Source: Phallusia mammillata
Taxonomy: Eukaryota
Direction: 5' to 3'
NCBI GenBank assembly: GCA_965637545.1
Contig: OZ281501.1
Span: 11,966,001 to 12,030,000 of the forward strand
DNA length: 64,000 nucleotides
Below are positions 62,453-64,000 of this stretch, in pieces. Both the position numbers and the translations under genes were made by a program. The stretch's first letter is position 1; each line of letters begins with the position of its first letter. The notes below the pieces were generated by a model. It ran no database searches. It was not told where the DNA came from and saw nothing but the letters and a program-made list of their open reading frames with translations.

Positions 62453-64000
62453 ATGGTATCAACAGGAGTGCTAATATATGCTGGACATTTTTTCTCATCA
62501 TGGGGAGACAGAATGTGGCACTTTGCAATTCCTTTGTTTTTGTTTGAACTGGATCCAACATCATTAATTTTATCAGCAGCCTATGGTCTAACTTTAACAT
62601 GTTGTGTTTTGCTATTTGGGCCATTGGTTGGTGATTGGATTGACCAAACTCCACGCTTACATGCTGCAAGGGTGTCATTAGTGATTCAAAATCTAGCAGT
62701 GATACTCTGTGCAATACTGTTGTTGGTAAACTTCCAGTTTGGAGATAAGAATGCATCATACATTATTGGTGTCGAAATTGGTGCTATTGTACTTGGCGCA
62801 ATCAGTCAACTTGCTAGTGTTGCTACAGGAATCATCATACAAAAAGATTGGATTGTTGTGGTGGCTCAAGGTAAAAAGGACATGTTGGCTGAGTTAAACT
62901 CTATGGTGAGAAGAATTGATTTGTCAACTAAGATACTGGCCCCGATGGCTTGTGGACAAATTATGGCTGTTGCTGACCTTTTTGGTGGGGCCATCTTCAT
63001 CACTTGTTGGAATGCATGTTCAATGTGTATTGAATACTTGCTTCTAAAAAAGGTTTACGATCGAACTCCAGCCTTGTCCCAGAAAGCATCACAAGATGGT
63101 GAGCAGGCTGATGATCATGAGATGGTTGAACTTCATGCCACAGATGGTGATGAAAACACTGAAAATGATGCAAAAGAAACAAAACCAGACAAACCCAAAG
63201 AAAAGAAACCAAAACAGTCAGTGATTATGAAAATGTTTGGTTTCATTTTCACTGTAAAAGATGGCTGGAAGTCTTACATAGCTCAACCAATAGCACTGCC
63301 TTGTCTTGGTTTTTCATTTTTATATTTGACTGTATTAGGTTTTGGCTACATTACCACCACCTATGCATACAGTCAGTGTTTCAGTGAGTTTATGGTTGGT
63401 ATTCTTCTTGCAGCAGCAGCTGTTACTGGTATCATAGCTACATTTATATTTCCTATAATGAGGCAAAAGTTGGGTCTTGTTAGAACCGGACTTTTTAATG
63501 CCGTGTTTCAAACCCTTACATTGGGAATGTGCATTGCATCTGTATTTGTAGCTGGAAGTCCCTTTTATTTACTACCTGCAAATCAACCACACCAAGATTC
63601 CATACCAAATACTACTCTTTCAATTCCTGTTGTGACCACTTTGCCAACTTCAATGAATGTCAGTGTTTTGAATACCACAATGGTACTAACAACCAAGAGC
63701 ATTCTAAGTAATTCAACTGTACAACCCCAACAGAAGATCGGTTCAGACCTGTTCCTAAAATGTCAGGAAGGTACCAGTCCACCATCATCTTATCTTTCAG
63801 TTTCATTGCTCATGGCGGGAATAATTTTGGCTCGTGTTGGCTTGTGGGGTTTCGACCTTACCATTACTCAACTTATACAGGAAAATGTTGCTGAATCTGA
63901 GCGGGGCATTGTAAATGGTGTCCAAATGTCTCTTAACAATCTTATGGACATGATACAGTATATCCTTGTCCTTGCATTGCCATACCCGAAACAGTTTGGT
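62453..64000 (+). CDS. SLC40A1: Ferroportin paralogue B, intronless over the visible CDS, 3'-truncated by the window end
   Basis: Hand translation from ATG 62453 (MVSTGVLIYAGHFFSSWGDRMWHFAIPLFL...) is open to base 64000, with QKDWIVVV, VRRIDLSTKILAP, ARVGLWGFDLTITQLIQENV and ERGIVNGVQ. It is absent from the ORF track, presumably because there is no stop codon in the window. Confidence 0.96.
   Translation, partial: MVSTGVLIYAGHFFSSWGDRMWHFAIPLFLFELDPTSLILSAAYGLTLTCCVLLFGPLVGDWIDQTPRLHAARVSLVIQNLAVILCAILLLVNFQFGDKNASYIIGVEIGAIVLGAISQLASVATGIIIQKDWIVVVAQGKKDMLAELNSMVRRIDLSTKILAPMACGQIMAVADLFGGAIFITCWNACSMCIEYLLLKKVYDRTPALSQKASQDGEQADDHEMVELHATDGDENTENDAKETKPDKPKEKKPKQSVIMKMFGFIFTVKDGWKSYIAQPIALPCLGFSFLYLTVLGFGYITTTYAYSQCFSEFMVGILLAAAAVTGIIATFIFPIMRQKLGLVRTGLFNAVFQTLTLGMCIASVFVAGSPFYLLPANQPHQDSIPNTTLSIPVVTTLPTSMNVSVLNTTMVLTTKSILSNSTVQPQQKIGSDLFLKCQEGTSPPSSYLSVSLLMAGIILARVGLWGFDLTITQLIQENVAESERGIVNGVQMSLNNLMDMIQYILVLALPYPKQFG

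Noticed and set aside
1-64000. tRNA, rRNA, snRNA or spliced-leader RNA genes
   Set aside because: The GGTTCGA-like hits (27120, 35514, 40890) lie in a MITE, a coding exon, or lack cloverleaf context; nothing supportable by eye. tRNAscan-SE or Infernal would be needed to exclude them.

Overview
AT-rich eukaryotic genomic DNA with compact GT-AG introns (down to ~55-60 nt). The gene content and compactness suggest an invertebrate chordate, probably an ascidian; this is an inference and the species cannot be fixed from sequence alone. Genes from left to right: (1) a + strand NLR-like STAND (NB-ARC) NTPase with a helical/TPR-like C-terminus, interrupted by one in-frame TAA; (2) three tandem, apparently intact flavin-containing monooxygenase (FMO) genes on the - strand; (3) an O-fucosyltransferase-family type II membrane protein; (4) a multi-exon orphan Ser/Thr/Pro-rich protein with Tyr/PxxP docking motifs; (5) a small basic orphan gene; (6) an intronless RAD51C with a ~200-aa C-terminal extension; (7) two ferroportin (SLC40A1) paralogues with intronless CDSs, flanking EXOC1/Sec3, both lacking the D325/C326/H507 metal-hepcidin site of vertebrate ferroportin. 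Introns and intergenic DNA carry many hAT-type MITEs with 8-bp TSDs, one MULE-like MITE, and a family of Helentron-like non-autonomous elements with internal ~158-bp tandem arrays, including a 37-bp minimal derivative. No tRNA, rRNA or CRISPR was recognised. Exon models and alignments were done by hand; no database searches were run.
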